Below, one piece after another: positions 12,401 to 26,500 of a stretch of DNA of 64,000 nt; position 1 is the first letter of the stretch, and every line of letters begins with the position of its first letter. The notes below the pieces were generated by a model that saw only the letters and a list, made by a program, of their open reading frames with translations, had not been told where the DNA came from and searched no databases. The position numbers and the translations under genes were made by a program. The stretch lies in the NCBI GenBank assembly GCA_011109175.1, contig RDEW01000005.1, positions 740,335-804,334 on the forward strand, written 5' to 3'. The stretch is from Dicyema japonicum. Its lineage: Eukaryota; Animalia; Dicyemida.

Positions 12401-14029
12401 CAAAATTGTGGCAAATTTGAGAATTGGCAGATTTCAGAATAAATTTTTTTGCAAAATAATCAAACTATTTAAATTAACAAATTTTTTTTAAGGAAAACAA
12501 TATTTTTAACTAAGGAAACAATTAATTAAATTTTATTAAAGAATAGTCAATTCCCAATTGCCTCTTATTAGAATTTTTAGTATTTTCTTTATATCCTCTT
12601 AATGAAGTAATGAATTCTGCTTCATTGTCATTTTCAATGTTTTCTAGAAGATAATTTTCAATCTCTCTTAATTTTAAAAGCGTTTCGGCCCTGTTTAATG
12701 ACTCATGTACTTATACACAACCGGATTCTTCTTGGTCCTTATTTATCAATTAATTTTTCCTTCTCATCAATTACCTTTTTTCACTGTAGTCAATTAAAAA
12801 ATTTTCTCTAGACGTTTAAAATAGTTTAAGATTTCACATCTTCCCATGCCATTTTTACAAACAATACAGAACTCCTAAGATTTATCTTCTTATGTGATTC
12901 ACCTGCACATGCGGGGCTATAAATATCAATCAGATTTTAATCAAGCTCCGGGTGTTTACTTTTCTTAAGTTTTTAGTTTAGGATTTCTGTCTTGAACTGA
13001 AATAAAAGCGATTCTGCATTCATTAATATTGCATTGACTTTCCTTAGATTCTCTTTTTAAAAATAGAAGAAAGTCTGTTGCGTATCGTCTGACATGAAGC
13101 TGATTTATTTGATTCTTTACACCGCAATATTTCCACTTTTTGAGCAACTGAAAGTCTGGTATAGCCTTTAACAGGAACAATCCGAGACATGCTTGCTTCA
13201 AATTATTTAAATTTTTAAAAATATTTAAAAAAATAAAAATAATTTTTAAAAATGTTGTCAAATTTCAGAATTGGCAAATATCATTGAAAAATAGATAAAC
13301 TCGATAAAAATAGCAAATTTTAGAATTAGCAAATTTAGCAATGCACGACACCATCCACGTCTCAATGAAGAAGGAATAGGATACGATAACTTTTTCCTCT
13401 TTCCTGTGTTCCTGGGGTTATAATAATAATTAGCAAATTGAAAAGTGGCATATTTGAGAGAGTTTACTGTATATAAAATCATACAGAAAGTTTCATCCGA
13501 TTGATTAAAAATTTCTATTCATTACTTCTTGTGACGTCATTTGATCAACCTTTTTCAATAGACCGGCATTCAATATGATATGTCACTTCATTTCAACGGG
13601 AGAGAATTTCGTTTTCTGGCGACGAGTTCTGACTTCGATCTCAGCATCAACGACAATGACTCTGTATAACATCGTTTAGATGAGGGTTCTACTGGAACGC
13701 CTCAGGATCTTATATATTAAGAACTCTCAATGTTCTCTCCTCTGAACGATATATAGTTGGCAGACTTAAACAAATTTCAAATAGTAGGCTAGCCATTAAA
13801 CCAGTTGATTAAATATTAAATCAGTTTATGCTAACAAGTTTAAGTTTAATGGCCTGCAATAGTTATATATTACCGCGCAAATAAAACGGAGAAGTATGTG
13901 TTCGATCTATTTTCACGGTGACCTTTTAAATTGAAACTAGTAATGCATGCAAAAGCTCAGAATTGTTAGAACTGAAAATTAAAAAAATAAATATTATTAG
14001 TTGTTAAAAAAATAAATCCGAGGGGAATA

Positions 14030-14200
14030 AATATGGTAATCGCCCAGACCTGAGGCTATTTCCTCTCCATTATTGCAAGTGAGATTCACAAAAACTGTCA
14101 GCAGAGCTCGTGGAGATCTCCAATTCGGATTCTTAGTCGACATGGGAATTCGAGCGTCGGAGGTCCAAAGGAACCGGATATTACAACTGCGAAAAAATAT
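14030..14200 (-). mobile_element. CRE 3' stub
   Basis: Reverse strand reads SGSFGPPTLEF...GDL.E...ISLAI, homologous to the other CRE ends. Confidence 0.65.
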
Positions 14201-14494
14201 GAAAATTGAAACTTGCAGAAAAAAAGCATTCAACGTATAATATCAATTGACTTCTGGCTAAGACTCCTCTCCAATGCCTCTGTATTCCTTAATCCATAAA
14301 AAATGAGTAGCTTGCCTATTCAACTATGAGCATCCGGTAAGTGCTTGAGGGCTCGAGGAAAAATCATCTTGCTAAGATGATGCCTCTACTGGAGCATTTT
14401 AAAATCACTTGAGTAGTTAGGTGTTACACTGCTCTTAGATCAAAAAATACTTTGACCCAGTTAAAAATAAAGGTTATCTAATTAAACGATCTAA

Positions 14495-15400
14495 TTATTT
14501 GATTTTAGGGTAAATGGCTTTATAAGGGAATCCGCAGTTATTCTTCTCGCGTGCCAATTTCATGTAACCTTGGATTCCAAGATATCCTCCATGAATTTCT
14601 GATAAGCCAATATTTTTTTCATTTAAAACTCAATAGCCGACAACGGCAACTTCATGGTTATATTTAAAACTTGAATAATTTTTGAAATAAAATATTCCTG
14701 CAACGCTTCACTTATATTTACCGCCTTTATAACTTTGAAAACCTGCTACAGCACTCGCATATCTAAAACTAACAGGACCAAAATTCACGAGAGCATACAA
14801 AGGCATTTTTTCATCTCCATTTTTTATCGCCTTATATCCGGTCTAATGAAATTTAGTATCTGGCATACCACTGTATTTGCAAAACAGGAGCCACACTTAT
14901 TTCCTTGCTCCTTTATGCCAGTGACACGGTTTTGACTTACCCAACTAAAAATTGCAGGATATCTTTTTCATCAATAAGAGTCGTGAAATCTTCAAGTAAT
15001 TCATCATCGTACGTATCATAAATATCACAAGCTTCATGCAAATTTAATTTGTTTGGTTTGCTGAGTTCATATATTGTGTACAAATGTGTATTGTGAGGTA
15101 ACCATGTAAGCGAATTGATTTATCCCCAATTCATTCGAAAATTGTCCTTGTTTTGATAGTGAATTGTAATGGTCGATGAATCATAAATTTCCATAAAAAT
15201 AGCCTTTCTAACGTTAAGTTCTAAACAAGAATATGACTTATCTGTAAAAGTTAAAAATTAGTCAAACTATATTTTTCTAGAAAATTCTTCCATTTAATTC
15301 CATAATATTTTACGTCTTGAAATAAATTTTCGTATTTGAAATGAATTTTAGATGAAATAAAAGAATTAAAATTTAACGTGGTAACAATGAAAATTAAACT
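14495..15400 (-). pseudogene. Cathepsin L-like (papain family C1A) cysteine protease pseudogene
   Basis: Prodomain KWKNFLEKYNKSY...RKAIFME...ELGINQFAYM; mature domain PAIFSWVSQNRVTGIKEQGNKCGSCFA, ALVNFGPVS, FQSYKGG, NHEVAVVGY, YWLIRNSW, GYMKLAREKNNCG..AIYP. Introns 15242-15267 and 14843-14868 (26 nt). Contains in-frame stops and frameshifts, and the central segment is missing. Confidence 0.88.
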
Positions 15401-15494
15401 GATATTTAATTAATTATGTTTAATTTTTTATTTAATTTTTTATTTAATTTATTTTTTTAATATTTTTTTTAATAACAAAAAAATTTTTTAACAA

Positions 15495-15770
15495 TTAAAC
15501 AAATGTCAGTTGCTGCGTGGATTGCGAACGAGTTCCCTCGGAGTATGGCTATTCCAATCTTTTGTCTTAGCCATAACCCTTCTCGTTGATCCCTTTTCTT
15601 TCTGGCAAGCAATCCTCCGAGTTCTTGCAAGAATTCAGCCGTCATTGGACCAACGGCTCCCGATGATTCGGTCGCAACAGGAGTAAATCGGTAGCGATCC
15701 CCGAGGCAAGAATATTTCTTGATTTTAGGTTTTCCGCGGTCGAAGCAGCTGCTCCAGGTGTCTGAACAGA
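15495..15770 (-). mobile_element. CRE 3' stub (second subfamily)
   Basis: PGAAASTAE..KIKKYSCLGDRYRFTPVATESSGAVGP...ELG...DQREGLWLRQKIGIAILRGNSFAI. Confidence 0.85.
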
Positions 15771-16049
15771 TTTTTTTAATATTTAAAAAAATTATATAAA
15801 CTAATATAAATTAAATTTATATTAAAAAAAATTGCCGACATTGTCCGCTTCATCATAGGTAAAAGTATTCTTTTGTGGATTTTGCCTTCTTCAATTTCTA
15901 ACAGCGTCAACAGCGTCACCTAACTCGGTATATTTAATTTTGAATTAACATTTTTTTAAATCTTTCTAAAACAACTCACACGAGCTTGCACTTAAATATT
16001 TTATATAACCCACATTAGCTGAAATGGTTCTTTTTATTTCTTATACACA

Positions 16050-16500
16050 TTTGCTGTGATCTGCCGATTTGGAAGTTCCATGTACCTGTCACTCCATGGA
16101 AGTATCTCATTAACCTACTCCATTTTATATTCCTGTTCTGGATTAAATCTGGACTCTGTGCCACTAGAGAACAACAAACAGAACAACAAACAGACTAGAT
16201 TACCACACTATTCGTGTTGGAGTTCTAATTCGACTAGGCCAGGTTTACTTGCCTTCTGGAACCCCTCGGACTTGATGATGGTGATAGCAAGCGGCCAGAT
16301 GCATAATGTCTTTTCATAAAGCCGGAAGAGATGTCTTGTTTGAGACTCAACATCCACGGATATTCTCTCAAACCTGAATCTGCTCAGGTCATCGCTGTAT
16401 GCGGATTACAGAGACAATACTCTGAAAATTTTAAAACGAGGAAATATCGTAGCATTGAGGATCGGTCACCTACATGACAATCTCTGTTGATATGTTTGGG
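16050..16500 (-). mobile_element. LINE RT fragment
   Basis: Minus-strand SAYSDDL (YxDD motif); otherwise decayed. Confidence 0.45.
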
Positions 16501-17696
16501 AGTTCGATAAATCTCGTAAGTGACACATTTTTATGATTATATTCAATCAGAGTTCTGACATAATTGCACGGTACAGAGTTGGATCTTTAGATAACTCGAC
16601 TGAGACTGAATTTTCTGGTAGTTATGATTCTCTATGCAACATCGTTCAACCCTATTTCAGTAAAAGTAGAAAATCCATAATATTCTGTACAGCTGTACGA
16701 AAATAAAGGTTGACCCACAGAGTCTAATCTCTGATGACAGGAAAGAGAATTCGCTTGATTTAATCAAGTATTTAAGATAGCGTAAGGATTATGGAAGGAC
16801 TAGTCACATTATAGGGAGTGAAGATGGCTATCAGGGAGTGTAAAGCAACCGTCATTACTAACAGTTGTGTCATTGCAATTTTTTATAGGATATGGAATGT
16901 TGGTAACAAGTATTGCAAAAAAGATTAAATAAGGGGTGGAAGAGTGTTGCAAATAATGTGATGAAAATTCCTTACGAACATTCCATTTGCTGAAATTAAA
17001 CATTCCCTTAGCCTACGCACCTGAGTTTGTATTCCAATCGATCAAAATAAAAAAAAATATTGAGGAGTCTAATCACTTTCAGTCCAGGAGAGATCCTTGT
17101 AAAAATGTAAACTTGTTTTGATCTTCAAGACACTACTATGAAAACATATAAATAATGATAGATAACAATTATTTAATAGCTGCTCATCGAGAAACGTTAT
17201 AGTCGATTATGCAAGACCTCTTGCATTGCAAACTTATGTCCAGAGTCTCTAATGTCTAAAGGAATTAAAATTGCAGTTTTTCCATCTTTAACGCAAACTG
17301 TAAAATTTAATAACACATGATTTATAATAAACCGAATTTTCCGACCTCTCATATCATTACACATGACCACGTGGGAAGAACGTTTAATAAGAACTAAAAT
17401 ATATTTTGAAATAAAAATAAAAAATTCGACCATTTTAACTTGAGGAACCAAGGAATTCTCTATAGCGAGTTTTGAAATTATTTGATGTCAAAAAATATTA
17501 TTATTTCTGAATTATGAAAATTGCGTTAACTGAAAAATTAACATAATAAAACAGATGCACAATGAGATAAACAAATTTATGATTTATAGCAGTAAAAAGA
17601 TTTAATGTAAAAAGATTATAATATTTTTATAATTATTTATTTTTTATAATAATTTTTAATTAGATTTTTAATTTAAAATTTAATTTTTAAAACATA

Positions 17697-20100
17697 ATGC
17701 AGATTCCTTCATTGTATGCATTTTGCATTAATGAATTTCGAAAAAACATTAATATGAATCAATATGGTAGATTAAGCTCAAAATCGAAGATGATGATCGG
17801 CAATAGAATACACCATGATCTAGAATATTTGAAAACACACAATTCACATACAATATTATCAACGATCCACGATTTCTCAACATTAAGCACACTTACAGAC
17901 GTGTTTTACAATATTTTCCGCCTTGATTTGTCAAATAATCAAATCGACATAAAAGATTTAGCAAATTTGTGCCAAAATCTACCAAATTTAACGAGCATCA
18001 AATTATTTAAAATAACATCTTCTGAGAATTCGCCCTATCTGCAGTATTCTCCAAATAATAATTCTTTCACTCTTTTGGAATATGATGACCCAATTTTACT
18101 TCATTTGCTATTTAAAAGTGGATTCAGCGAAATTAGGTCACTTGAACTTTTATCAGATTATCTTTCTTGAAAGAAGTATTCCAACTAAAATTTATTGCTG
18201 CACAGTCAAACTGATAAAAGAACTCGAAAGTATTAATTTTGACAATGTTCTAATATCCAATTTCGAAGAATTTTCAAAAGTCTTTGCAGTCCCAGATCTC
18301 TAAAGTTTCTATTTTGTCACTATTAGATACTTTTCGTATACAAACAGTAAAAATGTGCGTAAATTTAAGCTGTGATTGTAGACCGTTGTTAAAATTAGCC
18401 ACTAATTTAGAATTTTTTGATTTATCTGGATTTTCGATAGATTATGGACTATTGAACCCGTATTTTACTAGTTGACATTTAGAGAACTGTTTGAAACAAA
18501 TATTGACAAATTTTGCTTCAAAGAAATATCTCAATTTTTCAAAAATCATGTCACTGTTGTATAATTATTATTTACTGTAGTTCGAATCAAATTTACTGCT
18601 AAATAATTTGGTTAATGCAATTTTTCACTTTGAGCATAAAGATGGACTGCTTTGTTCTACTTTACGTTATATTGATGATTGCGACTCTGAAATTCGGCCT
18701 TCTGTTTATAAACGATTTTTGAGGGTATTTGAATGAATATTTTAGTTTATCTGTCGTTTGTTGAAAACATCACAAAATCCTAAGCTTATTCTACAAATCA
18801 TGTAATCGTGTATATAGATTGATAGGTATTGTTTAAAAACCAAAATGAGTAGAAAGCTCAAATCTGAATCTTATCGTTGGTTTGAGTTGATGTTAACTTA
18901 GCCTTATTTATGAAGCTTTACTTGTCACTATAAAGGCTTTGTGTTGCGATTATACGGTTGTCACATTTTTATATTTTTTCAGTACAGATATACTTTATAC
19001 TCAATTATGGTGCAGATTAAACCTTGGGAATTATCAAATTTTGTATTATCTTTGCACATTTTAGATTTTATCTTTTTCATTTTTTACAGAAACATTTATA
19101 AAAGAAGTTCACACGCACAATGATGAATATATGGGTGATTATGATGTCATGTATCTATTAATGAAGAATCAATTTATTGAAGATTTATCTTATTTGGGAT
19201 TCTACGGAATAATGAGGTATAGTTTACTTCAAATTAGCTCATTTGTTAATCAAATAAAAAAAAACAAGGATGTAGTAGCTTATTCGTACTGTAATACGGC
19301 TTGGAGAATTTTGTGGCTTCTTTTAGGTGAATTTGTCTTACCTTATGTTTTAGATGCAAACGAGGAAAATGGCACTTTGTTTGTTGAATTGGGAGGGCTT
19401 GATCTTATTATAGACTTTTTTATACAGTTTCCAGAAAATGATATTGTTTTGCCTGATTACATTCTTTTCCCAGTTTTTTTTGTTATTGAAAATCTAACTA
19501 AATTCGAGAACCTTCGACCTCCGGTTCGGAAAAGTGGATTGATTACCTATTTATTGTATGTTTTGTGTAATTTAATAGGAACTATGACTTTGGGGATAAT
19601 TGACCACAAATATATATTTCCATCTGCAATGCTTTATCAAACATAATAAGTGACACAACTCAAGATATAAAGATTTTCGATTTTTACAATAATGGAGGTA
19701 AATCCGTGTCTGAAGATATTCTTGATACGATTGCTTTATGTTCACAAGATCATTTTACACATGAACTGTATGACGGATATTATAGGTAAAATATCATTTA
19801 AACAAAAGATCGTTTGATTCACTCGTGGACCTCTTAAATGAGGAACTAGACCAAAGACTATGGTTTTGGGCCATTTGGGAATTTTCTCAAATGGTTTACT
19901 ATAAGCGTAATATTTGTTGATTTAGTAGCACAAATATTCATTCCAATGATAATGTCTACAAATGTCTCCAGAAAGATTGAGACTCTGTCTACTCTATCTA
20001 ATATCAAAGATCTGCGAAAATATGCCATTAGCTTTAAAGAAAAATATAATGTATTTTTCTTATTATTTTAGAATTATTTATCGAATCATTAATATTATCG
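17697..20100 (+). pseudogene. ZER1/ZYG11-like CRL2 substrate receptor, copy A (frameshifted as assembled)
   Basis: N-terminal MQIPSLYAFCINEF (BC/VHL-box-like), LRR-like LDLSNNQI and LEFFDLSG, ARM region AWRILW...ENGTLFVELGGLDL...FPEND...ENLTKFENLRP resembling ZER1 WSALWN...NCEMF...FPEK...GNVAEVKELRP. Has 22-25 nt introns and several indels. Confidence 0.7.
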
Positions 20101-21139
20101 CTTTATTCCTATTTTTTGTTCTCATAATTAAAACTTATTAAGACTTTGGGTTTAACTATTTTTAATATATTATCATCAAATAAAATAATTAAAAAATATC
20201 AAATAAGTGTTAATTTTTTTTCGAAATTCTTATTCGAGGTTTAAAATACAAAAAAGTGTGAGAGACTGTCGAGTAGAAGCTTTTTTGAAAGCCCTACCAT
20301 TCGTATTAATTTTCATTATTTTTATTCCAATATTTAATTATATAATAATTACTTAACATCAAATATAATAATGAATACCCCAAAATCTATTTTATTAATA
20401 AAATGTCATATTATTTCATACTTACGGTCAATCTAATTCTTCTTCGAACACTACTTAGTTATCCAATAATCACTAAAATGGATTTACCGGTGAATAACTA
20501 CATGACTTAAGGTTTAGAGGTATTCGGTCAAATATTTATTTCCTTATATATCCATTATTGAGTTACCAATAGAGATTAGACTAAACATATCATTTTTTAA
20601 ATGTCTACAAATCATAGAACGTCTTCTAAGACTTCTGGATTACCTGATGTTTCTAAGGATTTTAAAAAGTATAGAACGAAAGCGATTTTCTGGCCAGGTA
20701 AGAGTATAGAGCAGACACTAATTTTGAATTGAACTTTTTTTGTGTTTTGTTAAACAATTTTTATCTTTTATTTATATTGTGTTTAAGTGATCCTCTAGTA
20801 GAAATTTTTAATCATCTTTTTAAAAGTCTTAATAAGAAACGAAACATCGTGCTTCTATTATTAATATTGTTGGCCTTTGCAAACTCCATTGACCAATTAC
20901 AAAAATATTCGATATGAACAGTCGGTAATGAGACCAAACCTCAAGTCTGATATCTATGTGCCTCAATCTAATTAAAAGTTTATGGTGTCGCGTAATTCTT
21001 GTAAAATAGTTTATATTCCACTTAAGTTATAAATGCGAGGTGTACTGAAAACTGAGATTATCACTACTATTGAATTTAAATATCAAGATATCTTAACCAT
21101 TATAACCACCGACTGCAGGATTAACAAGTTTCCACAAAA

Positions 21140-21198
21140 GCGCCAGTGGTCTAATGGTATGATGTTAGCTTGCCATGGTTCGATTCCCGGCTGGCGCA
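21140..21198 (+). tRNA. tRNA-Gly(GCC) with ~12-nt internal deletion (pseudogene or tRNA-like RNA)
   Basis: Perfect acceptor stem GCGCCAG/CTGGCGC plus discriminator A, A box TGGTCTAATGG, anticodon loop TTGCCAT, B box GGTTCGATTCC, TTTTT terminator at 21199-21203. Only 59 nt: the 3' anticodon strand, variable loop and start of the T stem are absent. Confidence 0.85.
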
Positions 21199-21674
21199 TT
21201 TTTAGTTATAAAATTTTTTAGTGAAATTACCAAACGTTTTCTTATTAAATGTTAACTTTTTGTTTTATTTAAGATCAACCTGATACTAAAAAATAAAAAT
21301 CACCACAATAATAAATATATAAACTTTTTTAGTCAGTTATTATTTAGCCGATAAAGCTGGACATAGTACTTCTTGTCCAGATCATTGTCTCATGGACCCC
21401 TTTAGTATATGAAACAAAAGCGATATCCTAGTGTAAAATATTATTCAAAATCAGTCCACAAAAAACAGTATGTTTTAATTAATATCTTATTTTGTTCTTA
21501 GTGATGATTTAGTAAATTATTTACTCACGTCAAAAGAGAGGCTAAAGTTTTAATGAGGCTGAGATATTCGGAACTTATTGATAATTTCTGTTAATAAGCC
21601 CCAATTGAAATTTACATCAATAATTAAAACATCTACTGGCACGTCTAAATATTGTTGTTAAAAATATCATCAGA

Positions 21675-22577
21675 GCTCTGCAACAACATCAAATCAAGAT
21701 CTCGCTATTTCCCAAATGGAGTCCCTCAAAGCTCACCACTATCACCCCTACTCTTCAATCTCTACATAAACGACATGCCACAAACCTGTAATGAAAACTG
21801 TCTAATCCTCTCATATGCCGACGATATCATTCTTGCCTCCAAGGACAGAAACATTCAATCAGCGACTCAGTTGGCTCAACAAATGCTCGATAACTTGGAA
21901 CTATGGCTCTCGAAGCGGAGACTTGACACATCAGCAGCAAAGTCCTTTGTCACACTGTTTACCACCTACAAGAGACAGCTCTGTATCGAACCAAAAGTCT
22001 TTATGAAGAACGAAGCTATCTCTATTAACAAAACACCGAAGATTCTGGGAGTAACCTTTGATCGGGACTCACCTTTATCCGGCATGTTGAAAACAGAGTA
22101 ACTTCTGCTCTGAAAAAATTAAGAATTTTAAAAGTGCTCTCAAAAATATTAGAGATCAAACCCCCACGATATACAAACAATTCATCCGACCAACGATGAC
22201 GTATGCAAGTCCTTCATGGGCAATGCAAATGTCACGATCTTCCACATTGAAGTTATTGCAATCGAGGAGACTGCAATAAGGTTAATTGGACCAGATCACA
22301 ACATCCAACCTATTGAAAATTTTTAATTGAAATACAACGAAAACTATTAAAGGAGGCTGTTCTACCGAGCTGCCCTCTATTCCAAATACTATCGAATTAT
22401 CTACAATCATACAGAAATTGTGAGCCGATGCCATGTCCTATGAGAAGAGCTGTTCAGGATTCTCGACCCCGCCGGACTCGTCCTCACCTTTGTCGGTCTG
22501 GGATCACTTAGTTAGATGAGAACTTTTATTTCTTTCTCTTTGACCCAGTGATCCTGGGGGTAATAATAATAATAATA
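21675..22577 (+). mobile_element. 5'-truncated APE-RT type LINE with (TAA)n tail and 9-bp TSD
   Basis: GVPQSSPLSPLLFNLYINDMP, YADDI, PKILGVTFD; tail TAATAATAAT at 22561-22577; ATCATCAGA at 21666-21674 and 22578-22586; 3' UTR inverted repeat GGATCACT/AGTGATCC. Confidence 0.92.
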
Positions 22578-22749
22578 ATCATCAGACTTTATGGATTTAA
22601 ATTTTACTTTATTCTCTCAAAAAGAATTCATATTTAAAACTTATTTAAATTTATTAAATAAATAAAATTTAGACTTAATAAATAAATAAATAAAAAGTTA
22701 AATGGATTAGCGTTCGTTGTGCGGCTTTTTGTGAGATACTCAATTAATA

Positions 22750-23250
22750 ACATTTTATAAAATGTCTAAACCTTAGATACAAGAGAATGTATATCGTCTG
22801 AAGCTCCTTAAGTTCAACGCTATACGTATATCAAAGGCCTGATCGAGGAAAAATTCTTTGTGATGACCTGGAGAGATATTACGTTAGCATGGGCGTCTAA
22901 ACAACACGAAATTTGCCTGCATTTTGACGCGAACTATTGAAAATATCAATTGATATGTATACCCAGTGATTCAAAGCATTATGGACCCGGATTTTAGATT
23001 GGCACCTGGCATCCACCAATATTTAGCGTGTGAGTGACAGGATGGTGTTCTTAAAATACTACTCAACAGCCACTGTCCCTCCAAAAGTCTCGTGATAATT
23101 ATTACTTTGTATGCGAAAGATTTTTCTGAACTAGACGACTTTTATCGGATGTTATCGAAGAATTTCAACGGACATACGAGTCGTCTTCGCTGATATTCAT
23201 TACTGCTACCTGAATGCAAAAATTGCGGCAAAAAATAAACCAGATGACGT
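22750..23250 (+). mobile_element. RTE-type LINE 5'/APE fragment, diverged sibling of 59991-63036
   Basis: Collinear similarity to 60040-60520 (ATGTCTAAA..., TGTGATGACCTGGAGAGATA). Confidence 0.75.
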
Positions 23251-24929
23251 CTATGTGATAATATCAACATATCTTCTATTCAGCTATTTCTGAGTGGGAA
23301 ATAAACTTTTTCTGTACAATACTACATCCATGAACCCTGCCTACCATAAAAACTACCTGGAGGGGAGTGTTAGTAATGCGGATTGGGACTTGGCTCATAT
23401 ATAACCAGATTGAGTGTATCACGTGCCATTTAAAGATAAGCGATCTCTCTTAAATACACCTTCGTATGAGGATTTGACAAATATTAGCGATCATACGATG
23501 AGAATTGCAACATTTCGTTTAAAGAACATTGACGGCTTATCATAAACTAATGGGGGTAATAACTATTTCTCCATGAGTTAAGTTTAAGAATTATGGGCTT
23601 TTTGATAGTCGGAAAACTCTATTCAAGAAAATTTAACTGGAGCACTCAAGTATACTTTCTCCCACTTCAAGTATTGATGATAATTTTGGAAGACCCTATG
23701 AGAGAACTCAGATCGTCTCACAAATTTACATATCTCGCTTATGAACATGATTGCTACAGTGTTTGTCTTTAGGAGGCATGCTGACAAAAATACCTCTCAA
23801 TATTCTATCTCCTTGGACAGAATTCTAAGCTCTCCCCAAGTAGGATTCGAAGTAAATCTCGAATGTGAGGCCGTTGTTTATTCCGAAAAATGGTCAGTCC
23901 AACGCATATCAATTGTCAGTGAGAAATCAGTCACTATTTTATTTATTTGATGGTGGAGCTAATTGTCGCTTATACCAAAATCCTATTTACAAATAACGAA
24001 AAAATATGGTAAAATGTAAGAACTCTCCGGAAGTCGCGATAACGACAGCAGTGAGTCGGAACAGATGTGAGATTACGTGAGACCAAAGCAATGTCATCAG
24101 ACGTCAAGCTCTTCTTTACTCGAACCTTTACTTCTGTTTCTGGAGAAAATTTTGATTAAACATTAACGTTTAGATTCCTAGGTTGAACGACACAAAAAAT
24201 ATTTAGACAAATCGCTTAATTATGAGAATTTTGTCACCAATATTCATTATCCTTAAAAATCGAAAATTTTATCTTGAAAAATTACTTTTAACTTACCCTA
24301 AAACCTAAAATTTAATAACCTAATAAATTGTAAAAAACCTAAAATTTATAAAATTAACTTTAATTTTTATTTTCTAATAGTCATTCGAAATAAACCATGA
24401 ACTTGCATAGATTACTGTCTTAATCTGTTAAACGTGATCATTATGCAGTCTCTTGGAAACTTACAGGAAACGTTAGCTACGACAGATATCGTTTACACGA
24501 GTTGGCAATAGTTTAACTAAATATATGTCCGTTCTTTTGTTATTTTCGTCATTTTACCCATAAGAGTGTCCACCTAAAAGACAAAAAATATAAAATTCCT
24601 CAAGAACGTGAGAATTTGGGATATGCCTACAAAAACATTAGTGACGTTTAACAAGTAAAATTAATTTTTGGTAACTGTATAAAATCATCATCCCTAATAC
24701 AACATAATTATTAATAATTTAGATCGAATTCATTGAGTTGTATGCAACACCATTTAACCAGGTATCCAATCATGTCAGAATTAAATTCTTTGGTGGAATC
24801 CAATCTTAAAAATCTCTTTCTGATGTGTTTTTAGCAATATATTTTTGTATACAAGGCATCGCTTAGTCAATTTCAATCATAAACCTCAATTTATTTAACC
24901 AACAATAAAAAGTTTATTTAACCACAGTT

Positions 24930-25400
24930 TATTTAACGGAATCGAAAATTCCGTCAAGAAAGGAGCGGCGCTGTACGGGACATTCTACGCATTTCTCAGC
25001 GTGGTTTAGCCTCCCACATACTACCCCATGTGGAAAGCAATTTCGCGTCCTGTTGGGAACATACACTATGGCTATTTTTGTGTAGGCAATTGTAAAACAA
25101 TCTGCCATTAAACTCAAACAGATTATTTTCTCTCCTATTACACCGACTTTCATGTTTATAGAGTTTCCTCTTATACACCATTATTGCCCCCTTTAACTCC
25201 ACCTTTACCTTCCTCAACTCTTTGAGGTCCTAATTTGGAACACGGAGTTTACTAATTAGCCCCTTTACTATAGGCAATGCTTTTCCTCTGACCCCTCTCG
25301 CCACACTACTTATGTGCCCCTTTAGTACTTCCAGCTCAGTCTGTCTCCAAGCAATCTTGGCACAGATCTGCTTCCTCTATTTACTGGGTGGTCTGGGCTT
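24930..25400 (-). mobile_element. R4-like RLE non-LTR retrotransposon fragment (pre-RT region)
   Basis: YKHESRCNRRENNLFEFNGRLFYNCL...STWGSMW matches the R..N.LF..N...FY..L...FW..IW block also seen at 36205-36585. Confidence 0.6.
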
Positions 25401-26239
25401 GTCCGTCAATTCCTCAAAAGTGATCTGTGCTGCATACAGCAGTAGGGAGATATCACCCAGTGACCCTACTAGCTTACCCTTCACCGCATAAGACACAGTC
25501 TTATTGATGTAGGTTAACACTACTCCATTAACCTTACAATGAGGGATCTTGCTGCTAAATCTACGATCCTTAAGTGGGACATCTGCCTCTGCAGCGAGAT
25601 TCTGAGCTAAGACCTTATAAACATACTTGAGCTGCAACGTATCACAGCTATGGTGCTCGTGCTCTCTTTGACAGTTGTCGTTACTTCCCCGCCCCTTTAG
25701 ACTAGTACCCTCTTTGCTTACAGCCATTTCTTGAGTTCACTCACAGATATAATAAGATTTAATATTATTAAGGCACTTTCACGAAAGACATAATGTTTAT
25801 AGCCCAGCAAATGCAACACTCATAGAAACAATATTTATAGTTAATCTTTTCCATCTTCCACTGTCGAATGCTAGTGATCTCGATTTGTCCAGGTCGTCCA
25901 CGGAAGGGTTTGTCGCAACTGTCAGAGTAATCTTCCATGGATTTGTAGTGGGTTCATTCTTAATACATCCCCAAATAGCCTCCACCGGGCATCTATCACA
26001 TTTTTCCTGATGTACGAACACATACACTGTTATAAAGACCATGGTTGAAATTCTACGAGGTCACTCCTTCCGAGTAAGCTCTTAGTTCCTTCTATGGAAC
26101 GAATCCAGTATCGATAGTTCGTTGAAGGAACTTAAGATTCAATAAGCATTAAATAATTTTTTTATTAAATTTTTATTTATTTCTATCTTTTTCATTTTTT
26201 CAATTTTTTTTCACAAGAGAATTTATTTTTTTTAATTAT

Positions 26240-26500
26240 AAAATAACTAGGACGACAGAATGGAGAAGGCGTTACTTCTGATAATCGCCACTTCGATCAT
26301 CTGACTCAACCATAGCCTCTCCCGTGGCTCACACCTTTTTGAGGCGAGTTTGGTTCCAATGTTGGAGAGAAGGGCGTCCGTCTTCGCTCCCACGGTTCCA
26401 GTTGTCTCCACAGGAATGGGGTTGAAATGGAATTGGTCTCCGAGGGATTTGTATTTACGGATCTTCTTGGCCCCGCCTGGTCGGCTGCATTTCCAGGAAA
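26240..26500 (-). mobile_element. CRE 3' stub (third subfamily)
   Basis: KKIRKYKSLGDQFHFNPIPVETTGTVG...EPRERLWLSQMIEVAIIRSNAFSI-stop. Confidence 0.85.

Noticed and set aside
16725-16750. Hammerhead core CTGATGA...GAAA
   Set aside because: No stem II between the motifs and no flanking helices; same for CTGATGA on the minus strand near 51230.
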